A stretch of DNA of 64,000 nucleotides from Hormiphora californensis (lineage: Eukaryota; Animalia; Ctenophora). Each line of letters opens with the position of its first letter. The stretch's first letter is position 1. The stretch spans positions 310,001-374,000 of the forward strand of contig CM035356.1 of the NCBI GenBank assembly GCA_020137815.1, read 5' to 3'. Shown here in pieces: positions 43,401 through 55,683 of the stretch. The notes beneath the pieces are model-generated. The model saw nothing but the letters and a program-made list of their open reading frames with translations. It was not told the DNA's origin and made no database searches. A program made the translations under genes and the position numbers.

Positions 43401-46400
43401 CAGGTGGTGAGGCAAAGAAAAATATTGAATGTGCAAACTACAAAACATCGGATCTTTGCACGATAGCTGTTGTGTCTGCAGATTCGTGTTATACCGAACC
43501 TAACATGAAAATACCAAATGACGAAAAGTGCAATGGGAAGTGTTTTTGTCCCTATTGTGATGACGAAATCGAGTGTTCTATAGATGGGAGTACATCAAAT
43601 ATGGCAAGATCAGTAGCTGAATCTTCAGTTACTGATCAAGAAACATCCGAAACCGAAATATTGAATGATGATGAAGATGGAGGTACAAACCAAATGGTTG
43701 TGGTGAGGAACACTAAATCGGGAAGTCTTAACTGTACACACCCTGTATCTGGGGGAAATAGGATTGTCCCAATCAACTGGATTTGTGATGGAGTTTGGGA
43801 TTGCCGAAATGGTGAAGACGAGCAAGAAGTTTGTCTGGAGGATCCCATTTGCATCATGTGGATCAGTCAATCTCACCAGACAAAACCGGTGTGGTCCAGA
43901 GCCTCTTGAAAACAGGTAAATTTGGAGAGGTCTGCCCGGCAAATGAATTCTATAATCATTATGATTGTGACATTCCTGAAGCCAACTCGAATTATCTGAA
44001 AGGTTGCCCACGTAATTTAAATCTGAATGGAGTTGAGACGTTCAATGTCAGCAGCAATATGGTGTGCTCAGATAGGAATAGCAAGTTTGCGAAAGGATGG
44101 TAATATTGACCTATGCGACAACGAAATCGACATACAGTGTGTTACCCCAACCCCTGGATTGCACGATCCACAAACATCAGTTATGCGATGACATTAATGA
44201 CTGTAACAGCTACGACGAGGGCCTGAACATTATTTGTGGTGAGATGACGAGCAAGTTTAAATGTGAACGAATGTTTGGAATTCCAGGGCAGAAACATCGC
44301 CATACCTCTAGCATGGATTAAGGACGGTGTCGAAGACTGTTATGTCGATGATGGTAACGCAACCGATGAGCATCCAGAGCAGTTTTTGTTCGACAAAAGT
44401 TATCCAGCACATCAAGAAAATGTCTTTGTGGCCTGTACAGACCGTACAAAAACCTCCACTCGGTATGTTGATAATACAGCAGATTGCGATAAACTCAACA
44501 CATTTCGCTGTTACCCGGAGAACGAATTACTCGACATGGCATATGTGTGTGACCGGGTCGATAGCTGTGCCTCCGAGGCTAAGATGTGTGCTGAGTCAAG
44601 GAACATACAGGCAGTTACAGCAGTTGTTCTGGAGACAGTCGGACCGGGGAAAAGGACAGAGAAGCGACTGGGGCATTGTCTTCCTGGACTTGAAAGTATG
44701 CGGAAGGTCTTCCCGCATTTGGGAGACTGCGTTGAAAAACCGTTCCATGAACCGTTTGAGGAACCAATCGATGGGGTCACAGTAGATCATGTGATATATC
44801 CGGCCAATGTCGATTCTATTCTTGCCAAGGGGTTTTTGGTGAAGCCTACCTATATCTGTTATGTCTAGGCCGCTGCAAAAATACAAATATTACATGTCCC
44901 TTAAAACCTCTTGAAATTGATTCCTGCCCGAACCTTGACGACTCGTATGAGTCTGTACTAGCTTCAAATGGCAACGGAACAACGAAAGTGATGGCAATTC
45001 AAAGCAAAGGAGAGAAGAAGTATGTGAATAGTTTCTTTCTGTGTAAGGAGACCAAGAACTGTCTCCCATACGAAAAAGTTTGTAACCTGGTAGACGACTG
45101 TGGGGATGGGAGTGATGAAAATGAGACCATTTGTAAAAATGTCTTCAAGTGCAACAATGGAGATTATATCCAGATCAACAGCAAATGTGACGGTAATTTC
45201 GACTGCACAGACTACTCTGATGAGTGTAACGAACAGTGTTCCGATAGCATCATCCAACAACTTAGCTTCCTGGTTTTCTCATTTGTTCTTGGTGTCTTGG
45301 CCACAGGTGCTAATGGAATCATAATCATAAAGTTTTTCACAACCTTCGGAAAGTCAAAGAACGCCTCAGCCATTATGAACCAACTGCTTGTGTTCTTCAT
45401 TTCCATCGGGGACTTTTGCATGGGTCTGTACTTGATAATTATTGCCTGTTACGAACTCAAATACAGGAACTCAAATACAGAATATGAGTACTGTAAGAAA
45501 CAATTTGAATGGCGCACTGGGATTGAGTGTTCACTGCTTGGTGTCATCAGTACATTCGGATCCCAGATCTCCCTAATCTCCATGACATTTCTGAGTCTCT
45601 CCCGGGTTATCAGCCTCAGAAACGTACTTACACCAAGGTCATTCAACCGAAAGGCGGGGATGAAACTGGCCCTCATGACAGTCTTCATTACGCTCGTCTC
45701 CATGCTCATAGCGACTGGTCCTCTTTTCGATATTTTCGAGGACTTCTTTGTCAATGGAGTTTACTATCCAGGTAGCCCTATTTTCACTGACGCTCCAGAC
45801 CGAGAAAAACACGTTGCCATTCTGGAGAAGTACTTTCAGCATAGCATGAATGGTGCTTCAGATTTCTTCACCTGGGCCAGAATCCGGCAAACTTTCACAG
45901 AAGATGTGTTTCTATCATTTTCTTATGGTGACCAAAGCTCTGCCTCTGTTACCGGCCAAAAGCTTCATTTCTATGGTAATGCCGGTGTGTGTCTTTTCAA
46001 GTTTTTCGTTTCCAAGGGTGATCCACAGGAGAAGTTCATCTGGGGTGTCCTAATTGCTAACTTTATATGCTTCTTTATCATCACTATTTCCTACATTTTC
46101 ATCAACTTCGTCTCCGCGAGTTCCGGGAGCGGGATTTCAAATGCCGGCAACTAGCAAAATGGTGCAGAAAAGAAATGCTAAACTTCAACGGAAGGTTTCA
46201 ATGATCATCCTCACAGATTTCCTCTGCTGGATGCCACTCATTTTCATCTGCATCTTCCACTACACCGAGGTTATTGATGCAACTTCATGGTACCCCTTTC
46301 TTCTCCACCTTCATTCCTTCCCATCAACTCGGTCATCAATCCGCTACTGTATGACTCCACTGTGACAGAGGTGTTTTCCAAGGGTATATTTTCGGTACAG

Positions 46401-46910
46401 AAAAAACTGGGTTTCGGTAGACAACGCCAGGGAACAGCTGTTTCTTGCTCAACTGTGGTATCAAAAAACATTGAAATGGCTAAGAAGGGCAATCCAGGTA
46501 GCGAGAGAGAAAACAATCCTGGCGAGGCTAAGAAACAAGACAATGAAGCACCTGTTGACATTCAAATTCATAAGTCCAGTGAAATGAGAGATTGTGACAA
46601 TCCTGGTACAAAACCAACAGCTGAATCTTATGACAAACTAGAAGCTGAAAATGCAAATGATTGTGGCGCTATAAAAGCTGAAAATGCAAATGATTGTGGC
46701 GCTATAGAAGCTGAAAATGCAAATGATTGTGGCGCTATAGAAGCTGAAAATACAAGTAATTGTGGCGCTATAGAAGCTGAAAATTTTCACTTTGAATCTG
46801 ATCAAGTAGCAAATGATCAGATATATGAGAATGATATTACTGATGCTAATATTGCGACAAGTGATCAAAATAATGACAATGATATTGCTAAAGCGACTGC
46901 TGAAGTATGA
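37453..46910 (+). CDS. Giant intronless rhodopsin-class GPCR, LGR/GRL101-like, with SRCR-like and LDLa repeats (~3100 aa); about 14 frameshifts (assembly errors or pseudogene)
   Basis: Signal peptide MDRLLIFLLLFAAG; SRCR-like motifs (EGLLIV..VACGQMGF, GQVCADTFDD, EGLLLV..ACEKMGF); LDLa motifs (WICDGVWDCRNGEDE, VCNLVDDCGDGSDE, CDGNFDCTDYSDE); 7TM with GDFCMGLYL, WRTGIECSLLG, TDFLCWMP, PINSVINPLLY. Consecutive + ORFs abut or overlap with no room for introns. Confidence 0.88.
46641..46783 (+). repeat. 33-bp coding repeat (EAENANDCGAI x4) in the receptor C-tail
   Basis: GAAGCTGAAAATGCAAATGATTGTGGCGCTATA in tandem. Confidence 0.9.
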
Positions 46911-47392
46911 GAGGGCGAGAGTGTAGAAGCGACTCCTGAACTGAAGTAGGAGAGAGTGAGGCAGACCCCGCAAAAAAGACAGAGATGCGACTGTTGAAAG
47001 TGTGAATCTTTATACTGATTTATACCCTGTATCGAGTGAGATTGTGTAGAGAATGAGAGGCAGATGATGACAAGGATATTGAAACAGACTGTGTTCAACG
47101 TAGCTAAATGAGAGCTGAATACTGTGCTGAATACTGTGCTTGCTAGTTGCTTTTTGACTCTTTGATTTGACAATTGCAATATGAAAACTTGTGTCGTTGA
47201 ATTTGATATAATAAGCCAAGTCAAAAGTTTCGAAAGTTACCGTAGCACATGTGGGTGTGGATGGGTAGGGGTGGTGATGTGTGGGGGACGGGCGGGGAGG
47301 GGGATGGGTGGAGAGACTGGAGATGGGTTGAAAACCATCAATTTTTGACGTGGTTTAGTTCCTCTAAAAAGTGTACTCCCTTGGTTAATTGG

Positions 47393-48370
47393 CCCAGTGT
47401 CAACTTATTTCGAAAGGCATTAGACTCCGAAAATTTCTTAAAAAAGGCATTATTTTCTAACTAAAAAGTGTTGGCAATGATACTAGATAGTACATAGAAG
47501 ACATTAGTTAACAGTTTATTCGTTTATCCAGGCATCTTTTAAATTAATGCCCGATAATGCCATCTTGAGACTCTGTTGAAATTTGTCAAATTTGCATGAA
47601 TTTAGTGCTTGGAATGACTTTATAGAGCCCCAGGGAACCATTTCCTATCATAATAAGTCATTTTGAATCAAAATCTGGCGAATTTTGAAGAAAATTTTTT
47701 TAATAATTTAATTTTTTTAATTAAGTTAATTATAAAATAGGTTAATTGTTCTAATTTTTGGCACATCAACTCTCCCTATTTTGTTTTATGTGACCCTTAT
47801 AATGATTGCCTATCTCATTGAATCGTTTTTGAAGCTAAAAAACAGTTTTGAGTGATAAACTAAGGAGGGCATTATTTGGATTCTGGAGTCCCAATAATGC
47901 CCCCAGAGTCCCAATAATGCCCCAGAGTCCCTCAGAGTCCCAAAAACGCGCAAAAATAATGCCCTAGAATCTCAGAATCCCATGAAATCTGATACCTAGC
48001 ACACTACCTTATTAGCACGAGCTAATTAGAGGGAGAGAGAGAGAGGAAGTGAGAGAGAGAGAAAGTGAGAGTGGGTGAGAGAGAGAGAGAGTGAGAGAGA
48101 GAGAGGGACAGAGAGAAAGATAGAGAGAGCGGGAGAGAGAGAGAGAGACAGAGATAGACAGAGAGAAAGAGAGAGAAGAATAGAGGAGAGAGGGAGAGAG
48201 TGAGGGGAGAAACAGCTGTATAATTTCTTGTTTTGGGTTCACATTACACTGACAATTAATGTGTGTGATTGGGGAACTAGGCTTGGCATTATTTTGGCAT
48301 TATATTGGCATTATTTTTTCTAAAAGCATTGGAAATTAGATTTGCATATTCGTGGTTTTTTGACACTGGG
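47393..48370. mobile_element. Non-autonomous element with short TIRs and 8-bp TSD (hAT-like)
   Basis: TTAATTGG|CCCAGTGTCAA...TTGACACTGGG|TTAATTGG; repeated internal GGCATTAT/ATAATGCC motifs. Confidence 0.8.
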
Positions 48371-48555
48371 TTAATTGGATCAGTCAAAGTATTATCCCGT
48401 ATCTGTGAATTTCCTGCCTGGTTTTGTTGATTGTAATACACACAAACTCACAAATCTAATCAGTATAAAAACAAATAGATAGTAAAACAAATGTTGAAAC
48501 AATGACTTGTTAGATAAACCTCTTTTCAACGTCAATTCTAAAAAAACTATCTTTA

Positions 48556-49707
48556 TTAACCCAAACTTGTCAAAGCAAAGCTATTTACAAGCAATTCATC
48601 TTCATCACCATTATCACCATCATTAGCATGTTCAATTTCACAATCTGCACTCTCTATTGCAAGTTCATTCCTAACAAAAACCTGGACAGCCTTTGCCAAA
48701 ATATCCCCCGCAGACACACTAAGTGGCAGTTCAGTCCCCAATCTCACCGAATGATAAATCACCTCCCGTACTAGTTCTCCGTTGTGTTCCAAACTACCCA
48801 AATTCCGTCTTTGAAGTCTGGTGAGGAGAGATCTTTGGTAGGTGCCGAGGGTGGGTTCCCGTTTTGAGCGTAGGAATTTTCTCTGTATAGCACGGTGCTT
48901 ATGAAGTTTATGAGGCGAGAGATTAGGATATTTGGAGATAAGAAATGTTCGGGAAAACTTGTGCTGTAATCGACTTACCCAATGTCGATCGCATACCATT
49001 AGCCTTTTCTGATTTTCCTTCGTCCGCCCTCGATATTTGAGCAAAAAATAGTCTCTAAAGTTCGTTGTCCTTTTCAGCATATGGTCCCGAAGGTTAAAAC
49101 GAGGTTTTACGGTTTGCTTCTGGGGAACATCATCCAAGATTTTACCAGGCGAGTAACCACCTTCGCTAGGCCCAGCTGCATTGTTCAGTCGAGATTTAAA
49201 ATTTACAAATTCTTCCACAAGAAGTTGTTCATAGGGACACCGCAATTCCTTTCGAGTCTGCAACTTTTCAAGAACCAAAGGGAGATTATAAGATTTAACT
49301 GGATCAGACAGTGTTCTGTATACCTTCTTAAGAGCCCAGTCTCGTCTCTTTTGGTAAAGAAGTTTTTCCGTCGTCGGATGAAGAGTTGGTGTCTCTGGTT
49401 CATTGTCACCATTATTTAGACGCCGTTTCTTACTCGGTGTTCTCTCCCGGCGTTTTCTCTTTCGTTTTGAGAGTTTGTCTGTTAGCTCCGTGTGGTGATG
49501 CTCAAGAAGTATTGCTTTGTTTTCAACCATCAACTTTTCTCTCCGTTTGACAGACAACAACGGGTCATGGTTTTTCGAAATCCGACCAAGAATGTCTTCT
49601 AAGCACTGGCTGTTTCGACCGTTCTTGAATCTCCATCCCAGTAACTCAGATGGTGATTTGAATCCAGAAATATCAGTTCGAATAGGTGAGGGGGAGTGAC
49701 CTAACAT
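48556..49707 (-). CDS. Single-exon 383-aa basic nuclear protein, possible C-terminal histone fold
   Basis: Long uninterrupted, non-repetitive ORF. Bipartite NLS-like KRKRKRRERTPSKKRR; C-terminal ELVREVI...LSVSAGDILAKAVQVFVRNEL. Confidence 0.75.
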   Translation of the reverse strand: MLGHSPSPIRTDISGFKSPSELLGWRFKNGRNSQCLEDILGRISKNHDPLLSVKRREKLMVENKAILLEHHHTELTDKLSKRKRKRRERTPSKKRRLNNGDNEPETPTLHPTTEKLLYQKRRDWALKKVYRTLSDPVKSYNLPLVLEKLQTRKELRCPYEQLLVEEFVNFKSRLNNAAGPSEGGYSPGKILDDVPQKQTVKPRFNLRDHMLKRTTNFRDYFLLKYRGRTKENQKRLMVCDRHWVSRLQHKFSRTFLISKYPNLSPHKLHKHRAIQRKFLRSKREPTLGTYQRSLLTRLQRRNLGSLEHNGELVREVIYHSVRLGTELPLSVSAGDILAKAVQVFVRNELAIESADCEIEHANDGDNGDEDELLVNSFALTSLG

Positions 49708-50635
49708 ATTTCCTTGTTCATCACGTCATTGTGTTATCTTTTCCTACAGAAGAGTTTGGGTTGTTATGAAGAACTTTCCAAAATGTTTCCAAAGCCATCA
49801 ATCACTCAAAAACTGTTATCAGAAAATTCTTCTATTCGATTTGTTAAAGACTAAAGTGAGAGTGGACAGAACCATAATTGGACAAGTTTGTTGTAGGTAG
49901 TAGAGATTGATTGTTTCTATCCTGATGGCTGATTGATAAATATTGATCTAACAGGAATTGCCCACAAGTAACAAAAATATATCTCAGTGATGGATTGGTC
50001 GATTTTGAGGGGCAAAAAGTTCAGAGAACTAATCTCTACTACCTACAACAAAATTGTCCAATTCTGATTCTGATTTCTGTCCACTATCACTTTTTTGGGG
50101 GCGCCGTTACTATCTGGGTGTTTGGACTTTGGAGGCCTGTTTACAGGTGCGAGCTGCCAAAAAGCACCCTGCACTAAAACGGCTCTAACCGCCAAACCAC
50201 TTAACCTCTTTTTTGGCTAATCCAAAGTTTATCTGATAGGCAATTTCAAGCCCTCAGCCCTTCTTTAGCGCTTACCCTAAAAAACCGTTTGTCAGCACTC
50301 ACCAAACACCCAGATTCTAACGCTGACCGTGTGAACAGTTGAAAAAAGGGGGGATAACAACAGCTTTGAAAGGAAAACGTTAAAATCTGGGTGCCTTTCA
50401 TTGCTAACAATTCGTAGTTTTAGCGCGCGCGACGGGTTAGGGCTATCCGTTAGGGTCTGGTTAGGGTTTGGTTTGGGGTTATCGGTTAGGGCTATCGATT
50501 CTCTATCTGTTACCGTTTAGTTTACTCAAATTGGCCATGTGGTTGCGTGGCTATAGCCGTTTGAAAAAAGTCGGTCTAAGTATACTCTTTTGGCAGCGCG
50601 CACCTGTAAACACGCTGCAAGGCACCCAGATTATA

Positions 50636-51018
50636 AAGTCGGATTTTTTGAAACTGTCACCCCCCTGAAATAACAAAATTTGCCATATCTCCGGTTCCTG
50701 ATAAGATAGAGACTTGAAATTTGGAGGTTCGGAAGAACTTAGCAAGATCTTCGTAACCTCCAAATTTCAAGTCTCTAAAGTCCATTTTTATTCAACTGTT
50801 CACCCTCCAATTCGTGCGCGTGCGCGGTGCGATATTTTAATTTACGCTGCGCGCGCTACACGTTAACATGTGATAGACGCGCAAAACAATTCCGCGCACG
50901 ACTTTGGGGGGTGAACAGTTGAAAAAAAATGGAGTATATCTCTTCAGGAACCGGATTTATGGTCATTTACGAAATTTGAAAATACCCAGGGGGGTGACAG
51001 TTTCAAAAAATCCGACTT
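50636..51018. mobile_element. AAGTC-ended MITE 'A' with related MITE 'B' (50778-50936) inserted at a TA
   Basis: TA|AAGTCGGATTTTTTGAAACTGTCACCCC...GGGGTGACAGTTTCAAAAAATCCGACTT|TA. The empty site GTCTCTATCTC is visible in the copy at 55095. Confidence 0.85.
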
Positions 51019-51337
51019 TAAAGTCGAATTTTTAATGAGTGTCGTTTTTTAAAAAGCCGCGCAATTTTGATTTGCGCGTCGGAATTATTTCAACTTCGCG
51101 CGAAGAACCCTTCGTCGCGCGCAGTGTTGTCGCGCGGCCGCGGCCGAAAAGAACTAGCAGGAATGGCATAGACCACATCAGGTGATGACCAAATATGGTA
51201 TAATGAAGTCACGTTACTGTCATGTGTTAGGAGTTGTACGATCAGCATTCTAGTGCAGACCCTTGTACACACATGAGCTGCAGTTGTATTATTGTACACA
51301 ATCAGCGATCAAATAATCCATTTTTCAGATAACGTGA

Positions 51338-51627
<290 letters not shown>

Positions 51628-52133
51628 TGAAGAAAGACAGGAATAGATAGAGTGAGATATCGATGGTTTCGATGATTCAACGACAATTTTCTTTGTATGT
51701 GTTTAACTGATTTAGGTATAAAAGAGTTCACAGTAACAATAACAAATCGATTTATACACACGCTCAGACCCTACGCATACAAGATTCCGGGACAATAGAA
51801 CACTACAAAAGTATCATATCTGATAGCGGTTAATCACTCCCTGTAAACAGTAGAGTCACAAAGTTCACACCTGTACCTCTCTGTTATACTGATGGTTTAC
51901 AAGTTTAAGAAACTTTTCCCTGCTCCATCTTCCAGGATCAGATGCCCTCTTCAATCTTCTCTCACGGCCTTTAAATCCAGATATTGCTACACGTCCAAGT
52001 GATAGTCTGTCATGATCTTTCCTGGGAGATTAAATTTGTCGTGAGAGGAATAGAGAAGATCAAGGGGAGAGAGAGGGGGCCGGGGGGATGATATCACTCC
52101 GTCTTGTAGTGCACCACCCCACCTCTTCTGAAC

Positions 52134-52319
52134 GGTAAGCGATAAGTGTTGCCTTGATTTGGACACAATTTTTTACAGTTTTGGTCATAACTCATCCATT
52201 TCTAGGCCAAATTGCAGAATCCTGGCCCCAACATTCTGCAATTTGGCCTAGAAATGGATGAGTTATGACCAAAACTGTAAAAAATTGTGTCCAAATCAAG
52301 GCAACCCTTACCGCTTACC
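52134..52319. mobile_element. Hairpin MITE of the GGTAAGCG family
   Basis: Near-perfect 186-bp palindrome sharing a CATAACTCA-CCATTTCT core with the 23591 and 30291 elements; TSD degenerate. Confidence 0.8.
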
Positions 52320-52508
52320 GTTCAAAACATAACTACAGGGTGGTTCAGAAAGATGGAGCCACTTTGTGATAACTATTGTTTCGTTCTCCATCTACTGTGT
52401 AATTTTCACGGTCTACTGATTAGAAAAAGTGGAGAAAGTGTCCCTGAGGATTGCGATCACCTTTACAATCCCTCAGAGGTCGGGAAAGTACCTTAATTCA
52501 ACAATTAA

Positions 52509-53502
52509 GGCCAGAGGGGGGGGGGTCGACGGGTTTTTTGGGGTGTTTTTTGAGGTATACGTTATATGAAAGCGCTGGGCAAGGCGGATCGATTAGAACA
52601 GACGTCATCGATGTTGCGCGCACCGTTTGGCCAAAATTTGGGGGTTAACATTTGGCCTATAATGGATGTTAACCCCTATAAATCAGGATTGGTGGGGTCT
52701 AGAACATCCATCATTGTACCAAAGGCTTCGTCTTGTCTTGATACAACTTCCTGAAAAGTTTTATGTCGTTACTCCAACTACTTCTTGATTTTTTGGGGGT
52801 TTACAAAATATGCGGAAAAAGCCCTTTTTGCCTCTAATTTTGCTCTTTTTTGGGACATCCTGCCTAACTTCCTGAAATAACGGCTAGGACTCAGACCTTG
52901 CCGTTTGGCATAGTTGTTCTAGAGACCGTGTTCTTCAAATTTGGTGTAGCGATTTTTGATTAAGGCCCCCGTTCAAAAATTATAGGGGTTTACATTTGTT
53001 TTGTCATGAAAATTTTATGTAAACCCCTATAATTTTTGAACGGGGGCCTTAATCAAAAATCGCTACACCAAATTTGAAGAACACGGTCTCTAGAACAACT
53101 ATGCCAAACGGCAAGGTCTGAGTCCTAGCCGTTATTTCAGGAAGTTAGGCAGGATGTCCCAAAAAAGAGCAAAATTAGAGGCAAAAAGGGCTTTTTCCGC
53201 ATATTTTGTAAACCCCCAAAAAATCAAGAAGTAGTTGGAGTAACGACATAAAACTTTTCAGGAAGTTGTATCAAGACAAGACGAAGCCTTTGGTACAATG
53301 ATGGATGTTCTAGACCCCACCAATCCTGATTTATAGGGGTTAACATCCATTATAGGCCAAATGTTAACCCCCAAATTTTGGCCAAACGGTGTGCGCAACA
53401 TCGATGACGTCTGTTCTAATCGATCCGCCTTGCCCAGCGCTTTCATATAACGTATACCTCAAAAAACACCCCAAAAAACCCGTCGACCCCCCCCCTCTGG
53501 CC
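52509..53502. mobile_element. ~1-kb palindromic element, TTAA TSD, GG...CC ends (Kolobok-like)
   Basis: TTAA|GGCCAGAGGGG...CCCCTCTGGCC|TTAA. Arms of ~485 bp are nearly identical, with a ~20-bp spacer. Confidence 0.85.
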
Positions 53503-54940
53503 TTAAGGCCAATTAGACCCAATTATACTCCATTGGGGCACTTTATCGACCTCTGGAAAATTGCTTACATGATTCAGCGTATCTTAATTAGTCGGAAAAG
53601 TGCCCTCAGACACATAAGCATCTATCATTTCCAGGTGAAAAGTTGTAAATGGGGTCATTATGTAATGTTTCAGTTTTTACTCTCCAAGCTTCGTAAAATG
53701 ACCAAGTTTGGGCAGTCTGTGCGACTTGGTCAAAATCTTGCCCACATATGGGCATGGTCAAGCTTGGGCAGTCTGTGCACACCCCAATAATTGTTATAAA
53801 TGAGAGCGTTTTCTTACCAAATATGAAGAATACTGTAATCGATAGAGGTTTGAAACTGAATCCAACGTCAGCCATCCCGATATCAGTGAAATGCCTGGGG
53901 AAGGAGTGAGGGTTAGAATTCGCACGAGAATCAAGAAATCGGGGGGAGGGTTACAAGTTTACAAAATAAATCCATCCTCCATTCTCTCTCCACCATCTCA
54001 GCTCTCCATTTTTCTCTCTATTCTCTCTCTCTCAGTCTCTACCCTCTCAGCTCTCCATTTTTCTCACTCCACCCTCTCAGCTCTCCATTTTTCTCTCTCC
54101 ACTCTCTCCACCCTCTCCATACTTTCTATGGCTCACGCCTCACATCACAAAGGGTGAGAGTGAACAAAAAAACCCTATGCATCATGTAGTGTTGGCATTA
54201 AATAAGAATAATTAGTCAGGAACATGAGACAAATAAACATGTTCTTTCTTGTTACCTGGTAATAATGGTTGTTCATTAGGATACAGCAGAGGGGTGGACC
54301 ACCGAAAACACCGTTGACACTTGACTGTGGAATTCACGGCATAACGTAATAACTTCCTTCTTTAGAGCCACCTCGATAGCCACAGGTACTCCTGCCTGAA
54401 AGGGTTAAGATTGTTACCAACAGGTATTTATGAGGTCGACGGCCGAAGCAGTGAAAATTATCCTATCCAAAACCGAAAAAGCAACATTCGAGTTGCCCTG
54501 TTTTTAGCAAGAGACTGTCGTCACTCGCCATGTTTGTGTTGAAAAATGTTCGTGTTGAAAAATTGGGTTCAAGTTCCTAATCAGAACTTTCTGGCGGCGC
54601 CAGAACCCATTTTGACAGTATGCTCAGATCGGGTCGGCGATGCCAGACAGAATCAGAACGACTTTCATACCTGCTAAGTCTTTTCAGAGATATAGTATAT
54701 ACATTCGCACAGGGACAACTCAACCCGTCTGATCATGTCTAAAGGGAACAGAGAACAAACTGACAAATGAGGAGATTCCCTTGTTCTGCTGGAGAACAAA
54801 GAAATCTCCTCATCCAACGCGACAATGTCGCCGACATGTCAAATTTCTGGTCGCCATGGCTTGATCGATTTCGCGAAATTTCATGGACGCGCACGAAATT
54901 TGGTGCGCGCCACGCGACACTCATTAAAAATTCGACTTTA

Positions 54941-55316
54941 TACTCCATTTTTTTTCAACTGTTCACCCCCCAAAACCGTGCGCGGAATTGTTTTGCGCGT
55001 CTATCACATGTTAACGTGTAGCGCGCGTCACAAAAATTCTAAATTTCATGAAATTTCAGTTTTTGGGTGAACAGTTGAAAAAAAATGGACTTTAAAGTCG
55101 GATTTTTTGAAACTGTCACCCCCCTGGGTATTTTCAAATTTCGTAAATGACCATAAATCCGGTTCCTGACGAGATAGAGACTTGAAATTTGGAGGTTACG
55201 AAGATCTTGCTAAGTTCTTCCGAACCTCCAAATTTCAAGTCTCTACCTTATCAGGAACCGGAGATATGGCAAATTTTGTTATTTCAGGGGGGTGACAGTT
55301 TCAAAAAATCCGACTT
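54941..55316. mobile_element. MITE 'B' (54941-55092) and MITE 'A' (55095-55316) in tandem, sharing TA junctions
   Basis: Reverse-complement homologues of the 50636-51018 elements; junction GACTT-TA-AAGTC. Confidence 0.85.
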
Positions 55317-55652
55317 TAATCGCGCCCGCTTTGAAAAACCCAGAGCTTGGACCAACAAATTGGCCAAATTGCCCGGCGCGGCTCAAATGCTCGGCGCCCA
55401 GAATGCATCGTAGTGTGGCAATCTCCGCGCGCTACGTCAAAATGGAGAAAAAAGCCAGGGATTGCCACAACGCTACACCAGGTCTACCGGGCCCATATTG
55501 AACTAGACTGACCTCTGGCCCTATACAGTACAGTTCACAGTGTATATTGGGCCCAGTTTAGATTCTGTATACTTATGCTATAAGGGCGATTAAAAAAGGA
55601 CGTCTACAAATTAAATGTAAAGGATCATAACAAGAGATGCAATGGCCGAGGA

Positions 55653-55683
<31 letters not shown>

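Noticed and set aside
50430-50495. TTAGGG-like motifs as an interstitial telomere (also 34190-34220)
   Set aside because: Few, degenerate, and enclosed in small inverted-repeat elements.
52566-53446. Two near-identical 62-aa ORFs on opposite strands (also 30284/30430)
   Set aside because: Mirror images produced by palindromic MITE arms; non-ATG or unsupported starts and no domain motifs.
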